From an uncultured bacterium (GTDB taxonomy: Bacteria; Verrucomicrobiota; Kiritimatiellia; RFP12; UBA1067): a stretch of 64,000 bases of DNA. Positions 1 to 8,673 of this stretch are shown here, one piece after another (position 1 is the first letter of the stretch; every line of letters starts with the position of its first letter). Under the pieces are notes generated by a model. That model worked only from the letters and a program-made list of their open reading frames with translations. It did not search any database and was not told where the DNA came from. The position numbers and the translations under genes are program-made. The DNA lies in NCBI GenBank assembly GCA_902779865.1, contig CACZDG010000007.1, positions 8,958 to 72,957 on the forward strand. Reading direction: 5' to 3'.

Positions 1-2
1 CG

Positions 3-1733
3 ATGCGCGTCTGGACGGACGACGCGATGCTGTGGAAGAAACTGCGTAATCGCGGAAGGGCCGATTGGTTCGTGCTGTGGTCCGCAGTGACGTCGTTCAG
101 GCCGGACATCCCGATGGAGAAGCGCCGGCTCATCTACTACCGCGTGACCGGCGAGGACCCAGAGACCGTGTTTGACTTTTGGGGCGGTCGCGGAAGGCGG
201 CGCTTGAGCTGGGACCGTTTCATCGGCGGCGAGAAGATGGGCGGCGTCTTGGACGGCCTTTCGCTCAAGGGGTCCAGCTATTCCACGACCGTGGATGCGC
301 CCGGCAACGTCGGCTATGCCGAATGGACGCTCGTGTTCGCCAACGACAGCCACCAGCAGCGCGAGGCACGCGCGCGTATCGCGCTGCCGCCGGGCGGGGT
401 GGTGTCGCGCCTCACGCTCTGGATCGACGGCGAGGAGCGGGAGGCCGCGTTCGGTACGAAGGGACAGGTCCGCCGGGCGTACGAAAGCGTCGTGAACCGC
501 CGCCGCGACCCCGTGCTGGTGAACGTGTGCGGACCCGACCAGGTGCAGATGCAGTGCTTCCCCGTGCCGCCGAACGGGGAGATGAAGGTGCGGATCGGCA
601 TGACCGTTCCACTGGAACTTTCGGACGACGGCAAGGCGGCGCGCCTTCCCGCCCCCGCAATCCTGACGCAGAATTTCAGCATTCCGGGCGACCTGCTCGG
701 TTTGCCCGCCGACGAGACCAAGGCACTTGAAAAACCGCCCGCTCCCGTTGCGGTGTACGTGGAGGACAAGTACGTCCCGATCATCGGCCGCGCCGTCGTG
801 CAGCGTATGTCCCGCGCGGAAGGCTGGAAACCGAAGCGCGTCGCCGTGGTGCTGGATTCGTCCGCCGCGATGTCGCCGTTCTTCAAGAAGGATGCAGCAC
901 GCGCGCTTGCCGCGATTCCCGCAGACGTGTCCGTTGATCTCTGGCTTGTGGATGACGAAGCCCCGACGGCCCCCATCGCGTCGCCTGCGAACGACACGGG
1001 CCGTGCGCACGCGTTCGAACAGGCAATCCACTCGCACGCCTGCGCGGGCGGACGCTGCAACCTCGTGACGCTGGTGCGGGCTCTCGACTCGCTTGCCCCA
1101 AACCCCGATCCCGCCGCGCTTGTGTGGATTCACGCTGTCCAGCCGGTCGTATCGCAAACAGCGGACGTGCTCTCCGCGAAACTCGCCGGAGCGGCGAATG
1201 TCCGCATGGTCCTCTGTCAGGTCGCTCCTGGCACGTGCGAAATCTCGTCTTCGCTCGCGTCTAGTCCGTCTGTGACCTCATGCACCGCAGCCGCGCTTAA
1301 GGGCGACGCCGTCGCGGCTCTGGATGGCGTGTTCTCCAAATGGGGCGCTGTCGCGTGGCAGGCGACGCGCACGAACGTGGCGCGCGCGGACGTGCCAGAT
1401 GGCGCCGTGCCGGCCGGAAGGCATCTCGGACGGCTGTGGGCGGCGGAGGAGACGGCGCGCACGTATCGCGTGGGCGATCCCGTCAGCCTCGAGAAGGCGC
1501 AGAAGACTGCCCTGCCGTGGCAGATCGTCACGCCCGTCACGGGCGCGGTGGTGCTGGAGACGGCGGAGCAGTACAAGCAGAACAACTTGAAGCCGGCGGA
1601 GGCGGATTCCGTGCCGACCACGGCATCCTCCGTGCCGACCGTCCCGGAACCGGGGTCGATCGTGTGCCTCATTTTGGCGGCGCTGGTTCTCCTTTTCGCG
1701 TGGATGTTCCGTGCAAGGAAGGTTCGCGCCTGA
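3..1733 (+). CDS. VIT/vWA-like secreted protein with C-terminal PEP-CTERM sorting signal (5' end cut by window edge)
   Basis: VIT-like block AEWTLVFANDSHQQREARARIALPPGGVVSRLTLWIDGEEREAAFGTKGQVRRAYE. C-terminus VPTVPEPGSIVCLILAALVLLFAWMFRARKVRA gives a PEP motif, a TM helix and a basic tail. The ORF runs to the window start. Confidence 0.8.
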   Translation: MRVWTDDAMLWKKLRNRGRADWFVLWSAVTSFRPDIPMEKRRLIYYRVTGEDPETVFDFWGGRGRRRLSWDRFIGGEKMGGVLDGLSLKGSSYSTTVDAPGNVGYAEWTLVFANDSHQQREARARIALPPGGVVSRLTLWIDGEEREAAFGTKGQVRRAYESVVNRRRDPVLVNVCGPDQVQMQCFPVPPNGEMKVRIGMTVPLELSDDGKAARLPAPAILTQNFSIPGDLLGLPADETKALEKPPAPVAVYVEDKYVPIIGRAVVQRMSRAEGWKPKRVAVVLDSSAAMSPFFKKDAARALAAIPADVSVDLWLVDDEAPTAPIASPANDTGRAHAFEQAIHSHACAGGRCNLVTLVRALDSLAPNPDPAALVWIHAVQPVVSQTADVLSAKLAGAANVRMVLCQVAPGTCEISSSLASSPSVTSCTAAALKGDAVAALDGVFSKWGAVAWQATRTNVARADVPDGAVPAGRHLGRLWAAEETARTYRVGDPVSLEKAQKTALPWQIVTPVTGAVVLETAEQYKQNNLKPAEADSVPTTASSVPTVPEPGSIVCLILAALVLLFAWMFRARKVRA

Positions 1734-3075
1734 CGTGAGGGACGGCGCGGAGAGGGCGCTTGCGGCGTTCGCATGGGGCGGTGCGCTCTTCTCGCTCTGG
1801 GCGTGGTGGTTCGCGCGAATCGGCGAACCGCTTGACGCGGGGATGGCGGCGTGGGCCGCGCTTGCGGTGTTCGTCGTAGATGCGTGGCGGCGCAACGGGT
1901 GGAAGGTGGCGCGTCCGTCGACGCGAGCATACGCGCTGGCCGCGTCCGGTCTCGCGGCGTATTGGGCTGCGAGGCCTTTTCTGCCGATCACGCTGTGTGG
2001 GCTGTTTGGCGTGCTGGGGGGCGTGTCGCTGCTTGTGCCCGCCACGCGCGACCAGGGGGAGTTCCCGGCACCGCTTGCGGGACTGGCCGTGGCGGGGTTG
2101 CCGACGCTTTTCATCTTGGACTTGTTCCTCGGCGTGCCGCTTCGCACGGTGTCCACGTTCATGGCGACGGCGCTGCTGCGCCTTACGGGACTGGAGGTGG
2201 TCCGTAACGGGATGGAAATCGCGGTGGGCGGCGTCCCCGTGTGGGTCGATGCGCCGTGTGCGGGGGTGGCGATGCTGGGGACGGGCGTCGTGCTGGCTCT
2301 CGTTCTCGCGCAGGTGTGGCGTCTGCGGACATGGCGCACGATCGGCGTGTGTGCGTTTGCGGTTGTGGCCGTGTGTTTGGCCAACGCCGCCCGTGTGGCG
2401 GTGCTGACGATGTGTGCGTCGACGGGGCTGAAATTGGGCAGCGCGGCACATGAGGTCGTGGGCGGCATCGCCCTGCTGGCGGCGCTGCTGCTCATCGCGT
2501 GCGTGCCGCATGGAGGGAATGCGCAGAAGGGCGTAGATGATGTCCAGAAGCCAATTGCGGACGGCTGGGGGCGTGTCCTGGCGATGTCCGTCTTCTTCGC
2601 CGTGGCGACGTTGTGCATGGTCTGCCGTCCTTCCGTTCGTCCCACTGTGAACGACGCGGAAATGGCGCAGTTCCCGGAGTGGCCGGAAACGTTTGACGGG
2701 GACGTGCTTGTGGAAGAGCCGCAGAGCGAGTTTGAAGAGAAGTTCGCGCAGAACTTTCCCGGACGGATCGGGCGTTTCAGGGCAGGGCGTCGCACGGTGA
2801 TCCTGCGCTGGACGACGCGTCCAACGCACCGCGTACACGGTGCGGCGTACTGTCTGCGCGCGACGGGCTGGCGCATCGAGCCGCTGCCGCTCGAGGACAA
2901 CGGCGCGGGCGCGTGGTCCGCGTTCCGTGCGACGCGGGGCGTCGAAACGCTAAAGGTGCGCGAGCAGGTGCGCAGTGCAAACGGCACCACGTTCGCCGAC
3001 GTGCCGGATTGGTTCTTCAACGCCCTCCTTGGCCGCACCGCCGGCCCGTGGTGGATCGTCACCGTCGCGGAATAG
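1711..3075 (+). CDS. Exosortase (EpsH/Xrt family) with fused EpsI-like C-terminal domain
   Basis: Polytopic membrane N-terminal half carrying exosortase-type motifs: VDAPCAGV (catalytic Cys), NAARVAV and AHEVVGGIA. A soluble tail of about 140 aa follows. It lies immediately downstream of the PEP-CTERM protein. The start is uncertain: GTG at 1711, or GTG at 1735 after an AAGGAAGG Shine-Dalgarno. Confidence 0.75.
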   Translation: MQGRFAPDVRDGAERALAAFAWGGALFSLWAWWFARIGEPLDAGMAAWAALAVFVVDAWRRNGWKVARPSTRAYALAASGLAAYWAARPFLPITLCGLFGVLGGVSLLVPATRDQGEFPAPLAGLAVAGLPTLFILDLFLGVPLRTVSTFMATALLRLTGLEVVRNGMEIAVGGVPVWVDAPCAGVAMLGTGVVLALVLAQVWRLRTWRTIGVCAFAVVAVCLANAARVAVLTMCASTGLKLGSAAHEVVGGIALLAALLLIACVPHGGNAQKGVDDVQKPIADGWGRVLAMSVFFAVATLCMVCRPSVRPTVNDAEMAQFPEWPETFDGDVLVEEPQSEFEEKFAQNFPGRIGRFRAGRRTVILRWTTRPTHRVHGAAYCLRATGWRIEPLPLEDNGAGAWSAFRATRGVETLKVREQVRSANGTTFADVPDWFFNALLGRTAGPWWIVTVAE

Positions 3076-3135
3076 CGCAGACGCGCCCGTTTTTAGTCTG
3101 GAGGATTGCTTGTTCTGTACATCGGATGAATGGTG

Positions 3136-3144
3136 TGGTATAAT
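3136..3144 (+). promoter_or_regulatory. Extended -10 box TGGTATAAT upstream of rhaD
   Basis: Exact TGnTATAAT 33 nt upstream of the ATG at 3177. AAAGGAAA Shine-Dalgarno in between. Confidence 0.5.
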
Positions 3145-3176
3145 TTCATCCGTTTCTGAATGAAAGGAAAATTAAG

Positions 3177-3998
3177 ATGAAGATTCTCGACATGCCCTGC
3201 ACGAAGGGCTTCATGCAGCTCGCCCAGGATGGCGTTGACAAGGGCTGGCACGAAATGAACGGAGGCAACCTCAGCTACCGCCTCACGAAGGACGAGGCCG
3301 CGAACGTGAAGAAGGTCATGAAGAAGGCCTCCGGCGAGTGGACGGACATCTGCGAGAGCGTCCCGAAACTCGCGGGCGAGTTCTTCATGGTCACGCGCAC
3401 GACGGGCTATATGCGTAACGTCATGCGCAACCCGGAGAACGCCTTCGGCATCGTTGAGATCGACAAGACCGGCACGAAGTACCGCATCTGGTGGGGACTC
3501 GCCAATGGCGGGCGTCCCACGAGCGAGTTTCCGAGCCACCTCAAGAACCACGAGGTGAAGCTCGAGACGACCGGTGGCGAGCATCGCGTGATCTACCACG
3601 CGCACCCCGTGAACCTCATCGCGCTCACGTTCGTGCTGCCGCCGACGGACAAGGCGTTCACGCGCGCGCTGTGGGAAATCATGACGGAGTGTCCCGTGAT
3701 CTTCCCCGAGGGCGTTGGCGTGGTGCCGTGGATGGTGCCGGGGAAGGGTCCGATCGCAACGGCCACCTCGAAGCTCATGCGCGAATACAACATCGTCGTG
3801 TGGGTACACCACGGGCTGTTCGTTTCGGGCAAGGATTTTGACCGCTGCTTCGGCCTCATGGACACCGTTGAGAAGGCGGCCGAGATCCGTATCCGCGCAC
3901 AGTCCACCGGCGCCATGAAGAAGAGCGCGATACAGGTACCGCAGCTCAAGCAGATTGCAAAGGATTTTGGCTTCACCCTCAACAAGAAATTCCTCTAA
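3177..3998 (+). CDS. rhaD: Rhamnulose-1-phosphate aldolase (class II aldolase)
   Basis: Colinear with E. coli RhaD as I recall it: KGWHEMNGGNLSYRL, YRIWWGL..GGRPTSEFPSH, VIYHAHPVNLIALTFVL, VIFPEGVGVVPWMVPG, GLMDTVEKAAE. Length 273 aa. Confidence 0.9.
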   Translation: MKILDMPCTKGFMQLAQDGVDKGWHEMNGGNLSYRLTKDEAANVKKVMKKASGEWTDICESVPKLAGEFFMVTRTTGYMRNVMRNPENAFGIVEIDKTGTKYRIWWGLANGGRPTSEFPSHLKNHEVKLETTGGEHRVIYHAHPVNLIALTFVLPPTDKAFTRALWEIMTECPVIFPEGVGVVPWMVPGKGPIATATSKLMREYNIVVWVHHGLFVSGKDFDRCFGLMDTVEKAAEIRIRAQSTGAMKKSAIQVPQLKQIAKDFGFTLNKKFL

Positions 3999-4101
3999 AC
4001 ACACAGCGGTGAAAATTCTTTCATTTTGTGCTTGCGTAAATAGAAAGAATATGTCATACTAACGCCGTCAACCCAAAAAAGAAAAACAAGGAGACAAAAA
4101 A

Positions 4102-4830
4102 ATGAAGAAGGTTTCAAACAAAGGATTCACGCTCGTCGAGCTGCTCGTGGTTATCGGCATCCTCGGCGTTCTAATGGGTGCACTCTTCCCGGCTATTTCG
4201 TCTGCGTTGCTGAGTGCCAACCTCAACACTATGTCCATGCAGGGACGTAAGCTAATCCAAGGCATAGTGCAGGCCAACATCGAGCGTCAGGGCCGTCTAG
4301 GCGCTGTGTGGCCGAGGGAGCAGGACGGTGGCGAAGCGACGAATGACAATGACGATCCTTCTAAGGTGACTGGTAGCACCACCGAGTATTTCAAGAAGCT
4401 GTTCGACATGGACAACTACGGCAAGGCTGAGTGGGACCCCGTTGTTGACGGCGATCTTCTCAGCTCACTGTCCGGTTGCGGCGTGAACGGCATCACCGGA
4501 ACTTCGCTGGAGAAGGACAACATCGCATGGGTGATGGCGAAGAACATCGTCGAGGAGTCGCAGGACTTCCTTCCTGTGCTCGTTACGCGTAACCTTGACT
4601 TCCAGACTCTTAACGGCTCGATGAACAAGTTCGACGGCACCTCTACTGAAAAGGTGGCGCTGGGCAAGAACTACGACCAGCCTTTCTCCGACAAGGGATT
4701 CGTGCTTGTGCGCAAGTCTGGCGCCGCCGAATCGTTCAAGAAGAAATACTCCCGTCTTGACCTGATCTTCAAGAATCAGGGCTTCGACAATTCAAGCCGC
4801 GAGAAGCAAGTCGAGTTCATGGATCTCTGA
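4102..4830 (+). CDS. Prepilin-type N-terminal cleavage/methylation domain protein (pseudopilin-like)
   Basis: N-terminus MKKVSNKGFTLVELLVVIGILGVLMGALFP is the classical G/FTLxE class III signal. Shine-Dalgarno AAGGAG upstream. Confidence 0.85.
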   Translation: MKKVSNKGFTLVELLVVIGILGVLMGALFPAISSALLSANLNTMSMQGRKLIQGIVQANIERQGRLGAVWPREQDGGEATNDNDDPSKVTGSTTEYFKKLFDMDNYGKAEWDPVVDGDLLSSLSGCGVNGITGTSLEKDNIAWVMAKNIVEESQDFLPVLVTRNLDFQTLNGSMNKFDGTSTEKVALGKNYDQPFSDKGFVLVRKSGAAESFKKKYSRLDLIFKNQGFDNSSREKQVEFMDL

Positions 4831-7041
4831 TTGTTCGTTTCAGTAGCCATAGACTTGGCGCTCGACCGGCTCTTCACGTATGAAGTGCCGGTCGAACTTT
4901 TAGGTAAGGTGCGCGTGGGGCAACTTCTGCGCGTGCCGTTCCACGGGCGCATTGCTCGTGGCTTTGCGTTAACACTTTCGGATGAGCCGCCGACGTTCGC
5001 CACGAAGCCGGTGATGTCAATAGAGGACGAGTCGCCTTTTTTCTCGCCCGCATTGTTGCAGCTTGTCAAATGGATCGCCTCGTACACGGCCTCGCCCATC
5101 GAGGTGGTGTTGAAGACAGCCGTCCCCGCGTCCGTCCTCAAACCGTCCGCACGCCCGAAGGAACTTCTTTTCGTCGAACCTACAGGGAAATCAGCCGAGC
5201 TGACGAAACACCAGGCGGAGCTTCTTGCAGACATCGTCCGCGTTGGCGGCGGCTGGATGCAGCAGCTCTTGAAGGAGTTCAAGACTTCGCCATCGACGAT
5301 TCGTGCCCTTGCGCAGAAGGGGTGCGTTTCCATAGCCCCGCGCGTATCGCGCCGCGATCCGCTTGCTGGACGGAGTGTTGTGCCCACGCAGCCGCTTAGG
5401 TTGAACGACATGCAGGCGCGGGCACTTGATACCATCTTTTCTGGAAGCGGCGAGAACGCCGCTTCACCACGTCCGGTGTTGTTGCATGGCGTCACCGGTA
5501 GCGGCAAGACGGAAATATACCTTCAGGCCATCGGTCGACTGCTGGAGCGCGGGAAGGGCGCAATAGTGCTTGTACCGGAGATCGCGCTTACGCCGCAGAC
5601 GGTTCGACGTTTCGCCGCGCGTTTCGGCGACAAGGTGGCCGTGCTTCACTCCGCGCTTTCCGACGGCGAGCGCTACGACGAATGGCACCGCATCCGCACA
5701 GGCGAGGCGCGCGTGGTGGTTGGCCCGCGCAGCGCGATTTTTGCGCCGGTTGCAAACCTTGGCCTGATTGTGGTGGACGAAGAACACGATCCTTCGTACA
5801 AGCAGGACGAGACACCGCGCTACCATGCGCGCGACGTCGCCGTGGTGCGCGCACGGCTAGAGGGTGCTCGTGTTGTACTGGGCAGCGCGACGCCATCGTT
5901 GGAATCGTGGCTCAACGCGAAGGAGGGAAAATACGCGCTTGCTTCAGTGCCAGCCCGCGTGGCGGGAAGATCCCTGCCTGACGTCCATCTCGTCAACATG
6001 CAGGAAGAGCTGGAACGCGCGGGGCACGTCCCCATCTACTCGTCGTTACTTCTCGATGCTGTTAAGAGCCGTCTTGATCGCGGGGAACAGACTATTCTGT
6101 TCCTCAACAGACGCGGATATTCGCGCGTGCTGGACTGTCCTGAATGCGGCTGGGTTGCGGAGTGTCCCGATTGCTCCGTGCCATATACGTACCACCAGGC
6201 GGATCGCTGTCTTCGCTGCCACGTCTGCGGCGGATGGGCGCACCTGCCGTCGGATTGTCCTATCTGTCATGCAAAGGATCTTTCATATAGCGGCGTCGGC
6301 ACGCAACGCGCCGAGGCCGCGCTGCATGCGTGTTTTCCTCGTGCGCGGATTCTTCGGATGGACGCCGACTCCACGTCGCGCAAGTTTTCGCACGATGACA
6401 TCCTCTCCGCGTTCCGCGCTGGGAAGGCGGATGTTCTTCTTGGCACGCAGATGATCGCGAAGGGGTTGGACTTCCCGAACGTCACGCTCGTAGGAGTGCT
6501 GAACGCGGACATGTCGCTGAACCGTCCCGACCCCCGCGCAAGCGAACGCACTTACCAGTTGCTCGCGCAGGTCAGTGGACGCGCTGGCCGTGCGGAGAAA
6601 CCGGGCGAGGTGTACATACAGACGTTCCAGCCGGATGCCGCCGCAATCGCTGCTGCCGCGAAGGGTGACTACGCAACTTTCGCCGCAGGTGAACTTGTTG
6701 ACAGGCACGACGCATATTTCCCGCCGTACTGCAGACTTTCCACGCTACTGTTCCGGTCGAAGGCGGACGCGCTTGCGCGTGACTGGGCCGACCTCTACGC
6801 ACGTTCGCTTGGTGAGTGGGCGAAGAAAGTGAACGACGCCGCGAACGCAGCGGTATTCCGCGTATCAGAGGCGGCTGAGGCTCCGCTCTCGAAAGCTGAC
6901 GGCTGGTTCCGCTACCACGTAGTGCTGCGCACACCTACGGCAAAGGCGGCGGTTGACGCCGTAAAGTGGCTGCGCTCCGCACGTCCCGCGCCCGAGGCTC
7001 TGCGCGTCTCCTTTGACGTGGACGCGTTGAATTTGATGTGA
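4831..7041 (+). CDS. priA: Primosomal protein N' (replication restart helicase PriA)
   Basis: Walker A LLHGVTGSGKTE, DEEHD box, Cys-rich zinc region CPECGWVAECPDCSVPYTYHQADRCLRCHVCG, and a C-terminal helicase domain. TTG start directly abuts the stop of the preceding gene. Confidence 0.93.
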   Translation: MFVSVAIDLALDRLFTYEVPVELLGKVRVGQLLRVPFHGRIARGFALTLSDEPPTFATKPVMSIEDESPFFSPALLQLVKWIASYTASPIEVVLKTAVPASVLKPSARPKELLFVEPTGKSAELTKHQAELLADIVRVGGGWMQQLLKEFKTSPSTIRALAQKGCVSIAPRVSRRDPLAGRSVVPTQPLRLNDMQARALDTIFSGSGENAASPRPVLLHGVTGSGKTEIYLQAIGRLLERGKGAIVLVPEIALTPQTVRRFAARFGDKVAVLHSALSDGERYDEWHRIRTGEARVVVGPRSAIFAPVANLGLIVVDEEHDPSYKQDETPRYHARDVAVVRARLEGARVVLGSATPSLESWLNAKEGKYALASVPARVAGRSLPDVHLVNMQEELERAGHVPIYSSLLLDAVKSRLDRGEQTILFLNRRGYSRVLDCPECGWVAECPDCSVPYTYHQADRCLRCHVCGGWAHLPSDCPICHAKDLSYSGVGTQRAEAALHACFPRARILRMDADSTSRKFSHDDILSAFRAGKADVLLGTQMIAKGLDFPNVTLVGVLNADMSLNRPDPRASERTYQLLAQVSGRAGRAEKPGEVYIQTFQPDAAAIAAAAKGDYATFAAGELVDRHDAYFPPYCRLSTLLFRSKADALARDWADLYARSLGEWAKKVNDAANAAVFRVSEAAEAPLSKADGWFRYHVVLRTPTAKAAVDAVKWLRSARPAPEALRVSFDVDALNLM

Positions 7042-7215
7042 AATTCTGGCTTACGCGGATTATGATACTACGTTGCGGAACTATCCCACCAACTATCCTG
7101 CATCCATCCCGTCCGCGCCGTAATATCATGGTTTGGAATGCCACATTTCCAATCTGGTCTGCTTCAAACCGCAGTCCAGTCATTTTGTGCGTTGACACTG
7201 GTACGCCCGTGGGCG

Positions 7216-7221
7216 TATAAT
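7216..7221 (+). promoter_or_regulatory. -10 box TATAAT, 8 nt upstream of the ATG at 7230 (near-leaderless)
   Basis: Exact TATAAT. No Shine-Dalgarno can fit between the box and the start codon. Confidence 0.45.
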
Positions 7222-7229
7222 ATGTTGCA

Positions 7230-8015
7230 ATGAAACGAGCACTTTATCAAAGATTGACCGAACTTTATAACGCCTACGTTGACACGTTCCGCGAGGCGGA
7301 CGGCAAGTTGCCGCCGATGATGGAGCTTAAACGAATCCACACGGCGCATGTGGTGGCGAACGCCCGACTAATCGCCGAGGGCGAGGGTTTCGACGCCGAA
7401 ACGACGCATGCGTGCGACGCGGCGGCGCTCCTGCACGACACTGGCCGCTACGAGCAGCTGAAGCGCTACAACACGTTCCGCGACGCGGACAGCGTTGACC
7501 ACGCCGTGTTCTCGCATGACATCGTGAAGGAGAAGGGGTGGCTTGATGGCGACCCGCACCGCGAGTCGATTCTCGCCGCCGTCCTCTACCACAACCGCCG
7601 CGACCTGCCTGATGGCTTGGACGCGCTTACTCTTGCTGCGGCCCAGACCGTTCGCGATGCGGACAAGCTCGACATCTTCCGAGTGCTGGAGCACCAGATC
7701 ACCACGACGGACTGGCGGCACAACAGCCAGGCGTTCTGGAATCTGCCCACGACCGCGCGGCCGAACCCGGTTGTGCTTGACGACATCAGGTCGGGACGTC
7801 CGGTTGCGTATCAGGATATCCGTTCACTTGCGGACTTCGTCCTCATACAGGTCGGCTGGATTCGCAACGGTCTTGCCTACGCCACGACGCGCAGGCTCTG
7901 CGCCGAACGCGGACATCTTGCATTCAGGCGCGATTTTCTCCATCAGCTTACCGACGATCCTGCTGTGGATGAATTGTGCCAGTATGCGGAATTGCCTACG
8001 CAAGGAGTCTCATGA
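7230..8015 (+). CDS. HD-domain metal-dependent phosphohydrolase
   Basis: HD motif LLHDTGRYEQ plus downstream DHAVFSH and VRDADKLD, typical of the HD superfamily. Confidence 0.75.
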   Translation: MKRALYQRLTELYNAYVDTFREADGKLPPMMELKRIHTAHVVANARLIAEGEGFDAETTHACDAAALLHDTGRYEQLKRYNTFRDADSVDHAVFSHDIVKEKGWLDGDPHRESILAAVLYHNRRDLPDGLDALTLAAAQTVRDADKLDIFRVLEHQITTTDWRHNSQAFWNLPTTARPNPVVLDDIRSGRPVAYQDIRSLADFVLIQVGWIRNGLAYATTRRLCAERGHLAFRRDFLHQLTDDPAVDELCQYAELPTQGVS

Positions 8016-8620
8016 GAAGATTCACATTCAAGGTGTCGGCATTTGTCGCGATATCGCTGTGCATTGTCTGCGTATGCGGGTGTTCGTTGTTTAGGGGCAA
8101 GCCCGTACCCAACGTGCTGTCTGCAGAGGAGGAGTCGCTTGGGTGGGGATTACTGTGGGGAGGAGAGTTCCCTCCAAGTGCCTGGGCAGACGTACGCGCC
8201 GGCAGCACGAATTTCACGGCGGTTGGATGGGCGGTTGCGAATGATGCGCTAGTTGCGTCCGCCGGTGCGGAACCTATCCGCACGAAGACGGCGTTCTGCG
8301 ACTTCGACGTCAAGGTCGATTATCGCCTCGCACCCGGGGCCTCGGCGAGCATCATTTATTTCCACAACGCCGAAACCAACGTTGATACGTCTGTAGCCTA
8401 CGAGCTTGCGCAGCCACCGCCTGGGACGGAGTATGAAGATGCATGGCAGACGGCGCGCATCGTTGCGCGGCGCAAGTCCGTCACGCATTGGCTTGACGGA
8501 CGGATCGTGGATCGCAAGACGCGCGAGGACACGGAACTTTCCGGGCGCATAATGCTTGCGCCGCGCAGCGGAAACGTTGAATTCCGCAACATGAAGGTCC
8601 GTGTTTTTGGAAAGTGGTGA
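8012..8620 (+). CDS. DUF1080-family (3-keto-disaccharide hydrolase-like) lipoprotein
   Basis: Signal peptide with lipobox, MRRFTFKVSAFVAISLCIVCVCGC. C-terminal pattern WQTARIVARRKSVTHWLDGRIV...GRIMLAPRSGNVEFRNMKV is typical of DUF1080. ATGA overlap with the upstream stop. Confidence 0.7.
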   Translation: MRRFTFKVSAFVAISLCIVCVCGCSLFRGKPVPNVLSAEEESLGWGLLWGGEFPPSAWADVRAGSTNFTAVGWAVANDALVASAGAEPIRTKTAFCDFDVKVDYRLAPGASASIIYFHNAETNVDTSVAYELAQPPPGTEYEDAWQTARIVARRKSVTHWLDGRIVDRKTREDTELSGRIMLAPRSGNVEFRNMKVRVFGKW

Positions 8621-8673
8621 TTGCTTTCGTAAGTGGCAGTTTTAAAGTTTGAGGTCGTTTGTGGAGGTACAAC

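Noticed and set aside
1278-3062. Very long antisense or alternative-frame ORFs opposite real genes. Examples are 1278-3062(-), 8683-10173(-), 10189-11460(-), 14181-14996(-), 24206-26071(-), 29560-30678(-) and 57010-58035(-).
   Set aside because: Their translations are Arg/Ala/Pro/His-rich low-complexity sequence typical of shadow ORFs in GC-rich DNA. Each is fully covered by a + strand ORF with strong homology-type motifs.
7038-7220. 60-aa ORF in the priA-HD intergenic region.
   Set aside because: It starts inside the priA stop region, lacks a ribosome-binding site, and has no recognisable motif. The region is better explained as the promoter and upstream region of the HD gene.
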